Shown here in pieces: positions 1 through 8,178 of a DNA stretch of 32,000 bases. The translations under genes and the position numbers were made by a program. The notes below the pieces were generated by a model that did no database searches, was not told the origin of the DNA, and saw only the letters and a list, made by a program, of their open reading frames with translations. The stretch's first letter is position 1, and each line of letters begins with the position of its first letter. The DNA is from Puniceicoccales bacterium (lineage in GTDB: Bacteria > Verrucomicrobiota > Verrucomicrobiia > Opitutales > LL51), in NCBI GenBank assembly GCA_031283585.1, contig JAITBP010000005.1:1-32000 (forward strand). The letters are read 5' to 3'.

Positions 1-1089
1 CAGCTCCTGGCCTATAGCATTCCGATCTAGATCTGGATAATGGTCTTTCAAGCTATGGATAATCCAATAGCATACAATTGCCAGCGACCAACCATCATAC
101 TTGGACATTTCTTTGATCTTTTCCGGATGCTCATAGAGATCCCGGATCTGGGCTATCGCAGCTCTCTTATTATCATTCATATCCTTGCAGAATTTCTCAC
201 CAAACTCTAGTTTATCCATAGTCTCACTGGACTCTGCTTTATTAATGGTCTCAGCTGCTTCATCAATGGTCTTTGTATGGTTATCAATGTCATCGCTATT
301 CGAGACGATCGGGCCAGGCGCATCATCCAAGGGAGGCTGATAATTAGTGCTATTTATGACATTGCTAAATAAATTACTAGTATTACTTGCTATCCATTTC
401 ACACAGTCACCGATCTGGCCACTGTAATGCACTCCAATCGCTGCAGTTGCTATCGTTCCAACCACAGTTACAATCGTATCCCTATGGTCCTTCACCCAAT
501 TCCAAGCTCTATTAAAAATACCTGGCTTGTTTTTCTTCACGATTTCGGCACTTAACTTGGTAATGAAAATTTCCGAACTACCATGCACTGCTCCAGTATT
601 TGCATTTTTATCCAATTTTATATTACCAACCTGCCTAAAATATACCAAATCATCACTGGCCAGTATATCTTTTACCCAGCCTAATAGCTTTCCATATCTT
701 CCATGACAATCATCTGGATCATCTGGATTCACTAGAATAAGTTTTTTAAATGACCTATGCCGTTTTTCTATAAAAAATACCGAATATTCGCTTTTTCCTT
801 TTACTAATTCATGCAATTCTACTAGCCGAGGACTCTTGGTTTCATTTCCGGCTACTGCCTTATATACCTTTCCATCTATTAGAACAATGTTTATCCATCG
901 ATTATTCTCATCAGATTTTACGAATAATATCCCAGCCTCACTGTTTTTATTTGAAATAAACGAGTGTACATCTTTCCAAACTGTAACCAATGACTTTTTA
1001 TGTGACTCACCAAAAGCGTCGCCTATCGTCCAAAATAATAAGGCAAGCACAATCAACATCAATCTTTCGGGGTTCAATCTCTTTTTCAT
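1..1089 (-). CDS. Hypothetical secreted/membrane protein; the 5' end is in the window and the 3' end runs off the left edge (at least 363 codons). Not in the supplied ORF track.
   Basis: I translated the minus strand by hand. Plus-strand triplets starting at position 1 contain no tta, cta or tca through 1089, so the frame is open. ATG at 1089-1087, with alternative in-frame ATGs at 1098 and 1122 and an upstream stop at 1126-1128. An AAGGAA-like SD lies about 11 nt upstream of 1089. The N-terminus MKKRLNPERLMLIVLALLFWTIGDAFG looks like a Sec signal peptide. There is one further hydrophobic helix, TIVTVVGTIATAAIGV (aa 205-220), then a Pro-rich linker and a C-terminal domain. I recognise no family. 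Confidence 0.6.
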   Translation of the reverse strand, partial: MKKRLNPERLMLIVLALLFWTIGDAFGESHKKSLVTVWKDVHSFISNKNSEAGILFVKSDENNRWINIVLIDGKVYKAVAGNETKSPRLVELHELVKGKSEYSVFFIEKRHRSFKKLILVNPDDPDDCHGRYGKLLGWVKDILASDDLVYFRQVGNIKLDKNANTGAVHGSSEIFITKLSAEIVKKNKPGIFNRAWNWVKDHRDTIVTVVGTIATAAIGVHYSGQIGDCVKWIASNTSNLFSNVINSTNYQPPLDDAPGPIVSNSDDIDNHTKTIDEAAETINKAESSETMDKLEFGEKFCKDMNDNKRAAIAQIRDLYEHPEKIKEMSKYDGWSLAIVCYWIIHSLKDHYPDLDRNAIGQEL

Positions 1090-1136
1090 AATTCCCATTT
1101 CCTTTTTGTTAGATTTATACATACATTATATTGTAG

Positions 1137-3071
1137 TCATGGTTTTTGTTTTTTTGAAAATTTTTCCTTTAATGATTGAAATAATTTATTTGCTTTTTCT
1201 TTACCAAATCTGAGGACTTGTTCGGCCTTTTCTTTACTCAATTGATATCCTTTTTCAGCCTTTCCCTTACTCTGTTGGAGTAGGCCTTCTATATTTCTCT
1301 TGATCCTTTCCAAAATTCCTTCATCATCTGGATCACAGTATGATTCATCTTTCAGAAACATCATATATGGGCTATCGATTCCAGCATCTTTGACCAGATC
1401 AGTTGCTTTCGTAATTGAATTGACCGATTTCTCAAGGTTATCCATCTTTTTGGTTTCAATAATTTCGGTTAAAATTTTTATCCTATCTCCAATGGCTGTT
1501 TTAAATTTATTCAGATTCTTTTTAATTTCTTCTTGTTGGGGTTTGGTAATAGCCGAATCAATAGATATAGATTTCGCATCAATTTTACTCTCAAAGTACT
1601 TAACCCTTTCTTCGGCGATGATAAAACTAAGGAAAGCTGTTTCGTAGGCTAGCAGAACACTTATACCAGATACGGTATCTTTTCCATTTTGCTTCGCAGA
1701 TCTAATGTTTTCTTTCTCTTGTTTCCTGTATTTATTGATTAATTTTTTGGCCTTTTCAAGTTCCACAAGCCTACCAGCTCTCTCCACTAGAGCCTCTTTG
1801 TAGTTCATCTCAGGATTTCCAACTACGTCTTTAAGCCAACTACAATTAATAGAATTTACAATATTCTGTTTAGTAACCATAAACCTACTTTTCTTATATT
1901 CTGGATTATTTTTATCATAAAAACGACCCACGCTATTACTACTGGCTATATCAATAATTTCTTTGATAAGGCCTTGTAGTTCACCTTTGTCAATCGATAG
2001 AGCCTGGCCTGTAAATTTGAATGTACTAAGCGATTGTTTTACTATTCTTGCCAAGGCGTATGGATTTTTAAGCTTATCTATCGTTTCGTCCGTTGATACA
2101 TTGCCAAAATATTCATCCAAGACTTTTCCTCCTATGCCGGTCATGAGCGAAGAAAATATTGTCATGCCAATTTTACTTTCACGGATACACTCACCAACTT
2201 TACCGATAATACCTCCTTGGTTTTCCATTGCAGTAAGTAATTGATCACCAATCACACCGGACTGTGAAAAAGCCACGCCATTCGGATTTAACGTTTGCGT
2301 TAAATATCCTTTAAGGCAAATGCTTCCGATAGTGCTAACTATAGAATATGGGCTTATAAGCGGCCCCATAAGGTTTGCTACGGTCCCAACCATAAAACTG
2401 GCACTACCGGCTATAGCCATGGCTGCGCCTTTAACAGAAGAGCCTATGCTACCTAGAAAAGAACCAATTAGACCTGGTTTGCTACTTTTACTCACAACCA
2501 CCACTGATTTATTATTTTTTTTATCGTCCTTTTCCTGCACACTTTTGGGCTTCTCTTTCAATATATTCAATACAAATTTATAATATACCGTTTCATTTAG
2601 AATTCCTTCCAACGCATTCACCATATCTTTGTTCAGCTTGTCATTTTTGTCTATTTCTTTGAACCCACTAACGGTATTTCCAGAAATTTCTGCGATAAAC
2701 ATTGAATATTTTCTTTTTCCTATGAATTTATTCAGTAATTGATCCAACTGCTTTGTCATTTCACTGACACCGCAGGAGGCAAATACATCGCCCTGGTTTG
2801 TGACAATATCTATCGATTCCACATTAAAGCTATCATTCGCATAAATTGCTTTAAATATAACAGCCAAATCACTTTTCTTTTGTATAGATAAATGCCCTTC
2901 AATCCAAATATCTTTCAATGTCTTTTTCTGGACATTGTGAACCACTTTTATCGGTTTTTTGTTATCATAATCGGCGCTAAAATTAGATCCAAAAGCGTAA
3001 TTTTGTGTATGCAATAACGTTATTACCATAAACACCCGAACAAAATACATCCCTCCTTTAAGCATAAACAT
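1137..3071 (-). CDS. Hypothetical 644-aa secreted/membrane-inserting protein with a Gly/Ser/Ala-rich hydrophobic core and a Lys-rich helical tail
   Basis: Long uninterrupted ORF. The N-terminus MFMLKGGMYFVRVFMVITLLHTQNYAFG is signal-peptide-like. Residues about 198-325 are hydrophobic and Gly-rich. The C-terminal half is charged and helical, ending KEKANKLFQSLKEKFSKKQKP. It shares short anchors with the ORF at 1-1089. I recognise no family. Confidence 0.7.
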   Translation of the reverse strand: MFMLKGGMYFVRVFMVITLLHTQNYAFGSNFSADYDNKKPIKVVHNVQKKTLKDIWIEGHLSIQKKSDLAVIFKAIYANDSFNVESIDIVTNQGDVFASCGVSEMTKQLDQLLNKFIGKRKYSMFIAEISGNTVSGFKEIDKNDKLNKDMVNALEGILNETVYYKFVLNILKEKPKSVQEKDDKKNNKSVVVVSKSSKPGLIGSFLGSIGSSVKGAAMAIAGSASFMVGTVANLMGPLISPYSIVSTIGSICLKGYLTQTLNPNGVAFSQSGVIGDQLLTAMENQGGIIGKVGECIRESKIGMTIFSSLMTGIGGKVLDEYFGNVSTDETIDKLKNPYALARIVKQSLSTFKFTGQALSIDKGELQGLIKEIIDIASSNSVGRFYDKNNPEYKKSRFMVTKQNIVNSINCSWLKDVVGNPEMNYKEALVERAGRLVELEKAKKLINKYRKQEKENIRSAKQNGKDTVSGISVLLAYETAFLSFIIAEERVKYFESKIDAKSISIDSAITKPQQEEIKKNLNKFKTAIGDRIKILTEIIETKKMDNLEKSVNSITKATDLVKDAGIDSPYMMFLKDESYCDPDDEGILERIKRNIEGLLQQSKGKAEKGYQLSKEKAEQVLRFGKEKANKLFQSLKEKFSKKQKP

Positions 3072-3241
3072 AAATATCCCTATTGACTCCTTTTTTTATT
3101 TTATCATTACATCTACACATTTCAATATAATTCTAGTATATAATCGCCCATCAATATGTCAGAAAAAATCATTAGTTTGACGGCCAATAATAAAACATCT
3201 TGACAATTTTGTGCCTATGTTTCTGTTTGTTTCAAAGTCCT

Positions 3242-3499
3242 ATGGCATTAAAAATTAGATTGCAGCGTCATGGTGCTACACATAAACCAATATATAAAGT
3301 TGTGGTAGCCGAATCTTCCTGGCGGAGAGATGGTCGTTTTGTCGAAAAGCTTGGTACCTATGATCCTCAGGCCAGAGGTAAAGCAGTGGAACTTACTCTG
3401 GACATTGATCGTGTTGATCATTGGCTCGGTGTTGGGGCAAAACCCACCGAAACCGTCAGTACATTGATCCGTCGTTCTAGAAAAGCATCATCTGTCTAG
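3242..3499 (+). CDS. rpsP: 30S ribosomal protein S16
   Basis: MALKIRLQRHGATHKPIYKVVVAESSWRRDGRFVEKLGTYDP is the canonical S16 N-terminus. I chose the ATG at 3242 rather than the track start at 3200, which would add a non-homologous 14-aa leader. Confidence 0.95.
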   Translation: MALKIRLQRHGATHKPIYKVVVAESSWRRDGRFVEKLGTYDPQARGKAVELTLDIDRVDHWLGVGAKPTETVSTLIRRSRKASSV

Positions 3500-3515
3500 T
3501 TTACGCATAGATTTT

Positions 3516-4223
3516 TTGTCTCTATTCCCGGACATGCTCGAGGGATTTTTGTCAGCGAGTATGTTGCGTAGGGCTATGAATCTTGGTCTGATCGAGTTTA
3601 ATACATACAATTTGCGTAGCTTTACAAGGGACAAACATGGCACTACCGACGATAGGCCTTTTGGCGGTGGGCCAGGTATGGTTATGAAGCCAGAGCCGGT
3701 ATGTTCGGCAATAGATGCTGTTAAAACCGAAACCTCAATGGTGATCTATATGTGTCCTGATGGGAAGCTGTTAACAACAGAATTGGCCAAGGAATTATCC
3801 AAAAAAAAACATCTAATTTTACTGTCTGGGCATTATGAAGGCATAGATGAAAGAATAAGGGAATCTCATCTAGATCTGGAGGTTTCCATCGGCGACTATA
3901 TAATAACCAATGGAACACTGGCCGCGGCGGTTTTGGCCGATGCGGTATGTAGATACGTGCCCGGAGTCCTTGGCAATCCTAACTCATTGGACCAGGATAG
4001 TTTCTCGAACGGTTTATTATCATTTCCCCAATACACAAGACCTGTCGAGTTTGAAGGCAAGCGGGTTCCCGAGGTATTGATGTCAGGCAATCATGCGGAA
4101 ATAGACAGATGGAGATTTAATCAAATGATTGCAAGAACAATGAACCGAAGACCGGATATTTTTCAAAAATGGTTGAATTTGAATAAAAAACACTTAGAGA
4201 AGGATGTGGATTTATTAAAATGA
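3516..4223 (+). CDS. trmD: tRNA (guanine37-N1)-methyltransferase TrmD; the true start is probably upstream of 3516
   Basis: Contains [33 protein letters not shown] and [10 protein letters not shown], which are TrmD hallmarks. The in-frame sequence upstream (LRIDF, 3501-3515) still matches the conserved TrmD N-terminal strand. See the finding at 3468-3530. Confidence 0.93.
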   Translation: MSLFPDMLEGFLSASMLRRAMNLGLIEFNTYNLRSFTRDKHGTTDDRPFGGGPGMVMKPEPVCSAIDAVKTETSMVIYMCPDGKLLTTELAKELSKKKHLILLSGHYEGIDERIRESHLDLEVSIGDYIITNGTLAAAVLADAVCRYVPGVLGNPNSLDQDSFSNGLLSFPQYTRPVEFEGKRVPEVLMSGNHAEIDRWRFNQMIARTMNRRPDIFQKWLNLNKKHLEKDVDLLK

Positions 4224-4591
4224 ACTCTATTATAAAGGAATTGACCGAGGGTCAACTTATGGAAGGTCGCGATGGTTTCAAAGTCGGCGATGGTGTTCGG
4301 GTACATGTCAAAGTGCGTGAAGGAGATAAAGAACGCGTACAGATTTTCGCTGGCATTGTTCTTTGTCGAAAAGGTAATGGTATAAGCGAAACCTTTACCG
4401 TTAGAAAAATTTCATTTGGCGAAGGTGTTGAAAGAATATTTCCCGTTCATTCGCGAAACATAGTTAAAATAGAGGTCGAAAGAAAAAGCGTACCCATGCG
4501 AGCAAAGCTATATTACCTTCGGGGAAGAATTGGCAAAAATGCTGTCAAAGTGAAGGAAAATCGTGAGTTTGGGAAAAATAATATGCTATGA
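4220..4591 (+). CDS. rplS: 50S ribosomal protein L19
   Basis: [59 protein letters not shown] is typical L19. Its start overlaps the trmD stop (ATGA). Confidence 0.95.
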   Translation: MNSIIKELTEGQLMEGRDGFKVGDGVRVHVKVREGDKERVQIFAGIVLCRKGNGISETFTVRKISFGEGVERIFPVHSRNIVKIEVERKSVPMRAKLYYLRGRIGKNAVKVKENREFGKNNML

Positions 4592-4971
4592 TGGATGGCT
4601 GCATTACATCGCTGGGAAATTATCTTCAAAACGTTGATTATGAGTTCGTTGTCTCCGTAATAAAGGTGGTTGTTTTTCTGCTGGTGCTGGTCATCGGTGG
4701 AATGATAGTGGTCCGATTATACAGATCTGACCGTGGTTGTTGCTGTGGAAACCATTCCGATCAACGAAAAGATTATATAGATGTCATTGATAAGAAAGCA
4801 CTTGGTGTAAAGTCTATGCTTGCCGTTGTTGGCTATGGCCGCAGGAAGTTTTTTATTTGTATCCATAGGGATAATGTAACCTGTATCGGTGACGTCAGCG
4901 ATTATGGTCATAAGTCATTCGTACATAAAAAGTTACATGCAAAGACTCCTAGACCTATTGAAAAAATCTGA
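4588..4971 (+). CDS. Hypothetical small single-pass membrane protein (127 aa) with a juxtamembrane CCC cluster
   Basis: The ATG overlaps the rplS stop (ATGA at 4588-4591). One clear TM helix, [23 protein letters not shown], is followed by [12 protein letters not shown]. The ORF exactly fills what would otherwise be a 345-nt gap in a window that is about 96% coding. Its 3' end overlaps prmC by 35 nt. No family recognised. Confidence 0.5.
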   Translation: MMDGCITSLGNYLQNVDYEFVVSVIKVVVFLLVLVIGGMIVVRLYRSDRGCCCGNHSDQRKDYIDVIDKKALGVKSMLAVVGYGRRKFFICIHRDNVTCIGDVSDYGHKSFVHKKLHAKTPRPIEKI

Positions 4972-5770
4972 CGCTTTTCTCACAAGAAAAGGTGTCGAAA
5001 GTCACAGACTGGATGCCGAATTAATTTTCGCCAATATCCTAGGCTGCAAGAAGTTAGATCTATATTTGCGGTTTGACAGTACGATAGACGAGGCAACCGC
5101 GGAATTAATAAAAAAAGCCATTATAAGGCGCGGCAACCGGGAACCATTGCAATACATAACCGGTGAAACCAGGTTTCTTGACATAAAAATAAAAACCGAT
5201 AGGCGGGCATTGATCCCACGACCAGAAACCGAAGAACTTGTCGAACTTGTAATTCAAGAAGTTGAAACTAAGCCAGTTAGCAAAATATTAGACCTCGGCA
5301 CTGGCACCGGAGCCATCGGCCTGGCTTTGGCCAAAAAATTTACCAACGCCGAGGTGATTGCGGTGGATAAAAGCTTGGAAGCAATAGCCTTAGCAATCGA
5401 AAATTCAAAAATTAACCGGCTGGCCAACATAACTTTTATTCAATCGGACTGGTTCTCGGATGTGGAAGGAAGCTTCGACATCATTGTTTCCAACCCACCT
5501 TATCTGTCCCAGGAAGAACTGGTGTTGACTCAGCCCGAGGTGAAAGACCACGAACCAACCTGGGCCCTGGTATCCGGAAATGATGGCATCGAGGATGCTG
5601 CAAAAATCCTGGCCCAGGCAGAAAAATTTCTGAAAAAGCCAGGATTAATAGCTCTAGAAATCGGGATTAACCATGGCGAATCTCTTATCAAAAAAGCTAA
5701 CTGGCTGCCATTTAAAGAGATACGAAACGACCTATGCCGTCGCCAAAGATTCTTCCTTGGCAAGCTATAA
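4937..5770 (+). CDS. prmC: Peptide chain release factor N5-glutamine methyltransferase (PrmC/HemK)
   Basis: Contains REPLQYITGE, the SAM motif ILDLGTGTGAIGLALA and the catalytic NPPY (IIVSNPPYL). Start set at the ATG at 4937 (MQRLLDLL...), which fits family N-termini better than the track start at 4889. Confidence 0.9.
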   Translation: MQRLLDLLKKSDAFLTRKGVESHRLDAELIFANILGCKKLDLYLRFDSTIDEATAELIKKAIIRRGNREPLQYITGETRFLDIKIKTDRRALIPRPETEELVELVIQEVETKPVSKILDLGTGTGAIGLALAKKFTNAEVIAVDKSLEAIALAIENSKINRLANITFIQSDWFSDVEGSFDIIVSNPPYLSQEELVLTQPEVKDHEPTWALVSGNDGIEDAAKILAQAEKFLKKPGLIALEIGINHGESLIKKANWLPFKEIRNDLCRRQRFFLGKL

Positions 5771-5793
5771 CGATCTCCCTTTCCTGATACGGA

Positions 5794-8178
5794 TCAAAAT
5801 ACAATACCAAAAGAGAAATTAAACTGAACTTTGTCTTTTTTGCCGAAGCCCGCTGGGGTATGCACCGGAAATCCCCAATCTAGCCTGAGAGGCGCTCCCT
5901 GGATCATTATCCTCAAGCCAATGCCAAGATCAGCACAGTAATTCCTTGGGCTAAAACGCATTGTATGCCTATTAACAAAACCGGCCTCACCAAAGTAGGC
6001 CAAGGACACCGGCCCAAATAGTTTCATCGTATACTCCGAACAAAGATAGCCAAAAGAGTTTCCGCCAACCACATAGCCGACATTGTCTTTTGGCCCTATG
6101 CTTTTGTATTCAAAGCCTCTCATATAACTTTGGCCACCAAGGAAATAGCGTTCTGTATACGGGATATTTTTATGATTATACGGGGTTATAGCTCCAAGCT
6201 TTCCTATAACTTCCAGCACATGATCGCCACTCTTTGTGATAGGAATCCAGCGGGCAAAGCTACCTTCTAGCTTGGCAAAATTTGTTTTCCCAAGAAATGG
6301 TCCACCGGCAATCTCATTGTTTATGCTTATCAACGATCCTTTCGATGGCATAACAAAACTATTCCTGGTATCTCTTTCCAGGGTAAATTTAGCCTTGGAT
6401 ATGCTACGCCAACCGCCTTCATCCTTTAAATCCTGGGGTGCACGTTTGCCGATGTGGTATAACTTAACTCGTTCTATGTGATAGGCTAATCGACCAGTCC
6501 AAAGGCCAAAAAGTCTTTTCCTCAGATAGGGTTCCATGCCAATGTGCTGCTCGTCATAGCTGGGGCCGCTGTAGTTGCTATCCGAACGCTTATACTCGTG
6601 CTTTGACAGAAAGGCGTCAAACCCGGCGGCCAAGGGTTTATCGCAGAGATATGGCTCTTCGAAGGACAATAGGAACTGGCTGGCTCTGGTACCAAGTTCT
6701 ATGCGAGCCCTAGCCTTCTGGCCACCACCTTGGAACTTCGACTTTCTGTTGAGTAGATCAAAATTCGCCTGGGCAATTTCTGCAAACACCATAATGTTAT
6801 TCATGGCACTTATGGCGCCTCCCAAAGAAATTTTTCCCGTGTTGGCTTCTTTAACCTCAACCTTCAGATTCTTTTTATTTGGCTCTTTAGAATCTTCATA
6901 GCCTATATCAACATCGCTAAAAAATCCAGTATTTTTGAGCTTTGCCTGGCTATTTTTCATCCTGGTAACATTGAATTTTTGGCCCGGCGAAAGTGTCAAT
7001 TCTCTCAGGATTACCTTGTTTTTTGTCTTGATGTTACCAGAAAGTTTCACCGCGCCAACCTGGGACACTTCTCCCTCGGATATATTAAAAGTGATATCTA
7101 TCGAGTTGTCGATAAAGCTTGGGTTCCTGGTCACGGCAACCTGGGTATCAAGGTAGCCACTCAGGCCATAGAAATCCTGTATATTTACACAGGCTTGGCT
7201 CAAAGCGTCCGGAGAAAACACATCGCCGTCTTTGATTCCAAGAATTTTCTCTAACACATTGGTTTCGAAAACCTTATTGCCGCTTATATCCACCCGGCCA
7301 ACCATATATTTATTTTCGCCAAGTTCCATCGGAATGGTTATAATCAATCCATTTCTACTATCATAGGAAAAGGTTATTTTGGTTTCATCTATGGAAGAGT
7401 CGAGATAACCGTGATTTTTCAGTTCCTTCCTGAGTGTAATCAGGTCCATATCAAACATTCCACTGCGGAGCTTACCAGTCCCTTTAATCCAGGATATTAG
7501 AAATATCCATTTCTGGGTGAGCATCTTATCACGTAACTTGTCTGCGCTCACATCACCATTGCCAACGAATCTTACCTCCCTTATCTTAGCCTTAATGCCT
7601 TCATTGATTACAAATACCAGCTCAACATTACCGGTTACCGGATCTACTCTTTTTTCATAGTCAACCTTCGGTTCCGGATATCCATTTTCCTGATAATAAT
7701 TGAAAATTTCATAGGCATCGTCCAGGGCCATGCTGTCTGAAAACATAAGGCCCGTGGTGCTTTTTATTTTTTTTCTAAGAATTTTTGACCTTATTTTTTC
7801 GTTACCTTCGAATCTGATAGCTGAAATCTTTGGCCTGAGGGTTAGGTTGAATGTTACCACGACCTCATCACTGAATTCAATCCTAGTCATTTTGATCGAC
7901 ACAAACTCGAATAGCTTGGTTTCATATAGGGATTTTATCGATCTATCTGCCAGGTAGTGGCTAAACGGTTCTCCTTCTTTAAGTTGTACGTGGGCAAGGA
8001 CAACACTATCATGAATAGCACCACGGACATCCCCATCATAGTTAATATCTATGCGGCCGACCACTGGCTCTTTCCAAGGCTGATCCTCGGCTTTGCTATG
8101 CTGCTGAACGCAGCTCAATAAACATATACAACAAAATAAATTCCAAAAATCAGATATCCTTATCTGCATAATTTTCAA
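5794..8178 (-). CDS. bamA: Outer membrane protein assembly factor BamA (Omp85 family)
   Basis: 794 aa with a signal peptide and repeated POTRA-like modules (I..I.F.GN... patterns at IRFEGNEKI, VRFVGNGDV, VDISGNKVF, VKLSGNIKT). It has a C-terminal beta-barrel ending in an aromatic residue (FSFGIVF). The track start at 8178 is TTG; an ATG at 8169 is an alternative. Either start overlaps the dnaB 3' end. Confidence 0.93.
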   Translation of the reverse strand: MKIMQIRISDFWNLFCCICLLSCVQQHSKAEDQPWKEPVVGRIDINYDGDVRGAIHDSVVLAHVQLKEGEPFSHYLADRSIKSLYETKLFEFVSIKMTRIEFSDEVVVTFNLTLRPKISAIRFEGNEKIRSKILRKKIKSTTGLMFSDSMALDDAYEIFNYYQENGYPEPKVDYEKRVDPVTGNVELVFVINEGIKAKIREVRFVGNGDVSADKLRDKMLTQKWIFLISWIKGTGKLRSGMFDMDLITLRKELKNHGYLDSSIDETKITFSYDSRNGLIITIPMELGENKYMVGRVDISGNKVFETNVLEKILGIKDGDVFSPDALSQACVNIQDFYGLSGYLDTQVAVTRNPSFIDNSIDITFNISEGEVSQVGAVKLSGNIKTKNKVILRELTLSPGQKFNVTRMKNSQAKLKNTGFFSDVDIGYEDSKEPNKKNLKVEVKEANTGKISLGGAISAMNNIMVFAEIAQANFDLLNRKSKFQGGGQKARARIELGTRASQFLLSFEEPYLCDKPLAAGFDAFLSKHEYKRSDSNYSGPSYDEQHIGMEPYLRKRLFGLWTGRLAYHIERVKLYHIGKRAPQDLKDEGGWRSISKAKFTLERDTRNSFVMPSKGSLISINNEIAGGPFLGKTNFAKLEGSFARWIPITKSGDHVLEVIGKLGAITPYNHKNIPYTERYFLGGQSYMRGFEYKSIGPKDNVGYVVGGNSFGYLCSEYTMKLFGPVSLAYFGEAGFVNRHTMRFSPRNYCADLGIGLRIMIQGAPLRLDWGFPVHTPAGFGKKDKVQFNFSFGIVF

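Noticed and set aside
836-1213. Track ORF of 125 aa on the plus strand
   Set aside because: It is low-complexity and hydrophobic. It lies antisense to the verified open minus-strand frame (1-1089) and runs across the gap into the 3' end of the 644-aa gene. This is a shadow ORF.
3072-3241. TTGAC-type hexamers (3082-3087, 3176-3181, 3200-3205) and a TATAAT (3139-3144) in the divergent region upstream of rpsP. A further TTGACA lies at 17096-17101 upstream of the 283-aa ORF.
   Set aside because: No -35/-10 pair has 16-18 nt spacing with an acceptable partner hexamer. The promoter consensus of this lineage is unknown, so I do not call promoters.
3806-3816. Homopolymeric A9 tracts inside trmD (about 3807-3815) and uvrD (about 29560-29570), considered as possible phase-variation or slippage sites
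   Set aside because: Both frames read through intact into conserved motifs. Both genes are core housekeeping genes, so these are most likely just Lys-codon runs in an AT-rich genome.
4588-4971. Possible FliO-like protein (a single TM helix followed by an LG...VV..G....I.. pattern)
   Set aside because: The resemblance is limited to topology and a loose hydrophobic pattern. There is no flagellar or export-apparatus context in the window. It is kept as a hypothetical protein, with an HMM test suggested.
5355-5370. DnaA-box-like ggtggataa inside prmC
   Set aside because: It is a single imperfect copy inside a coding region, with no clustering, no AT-rich unwinding element and no dnaA nearby.
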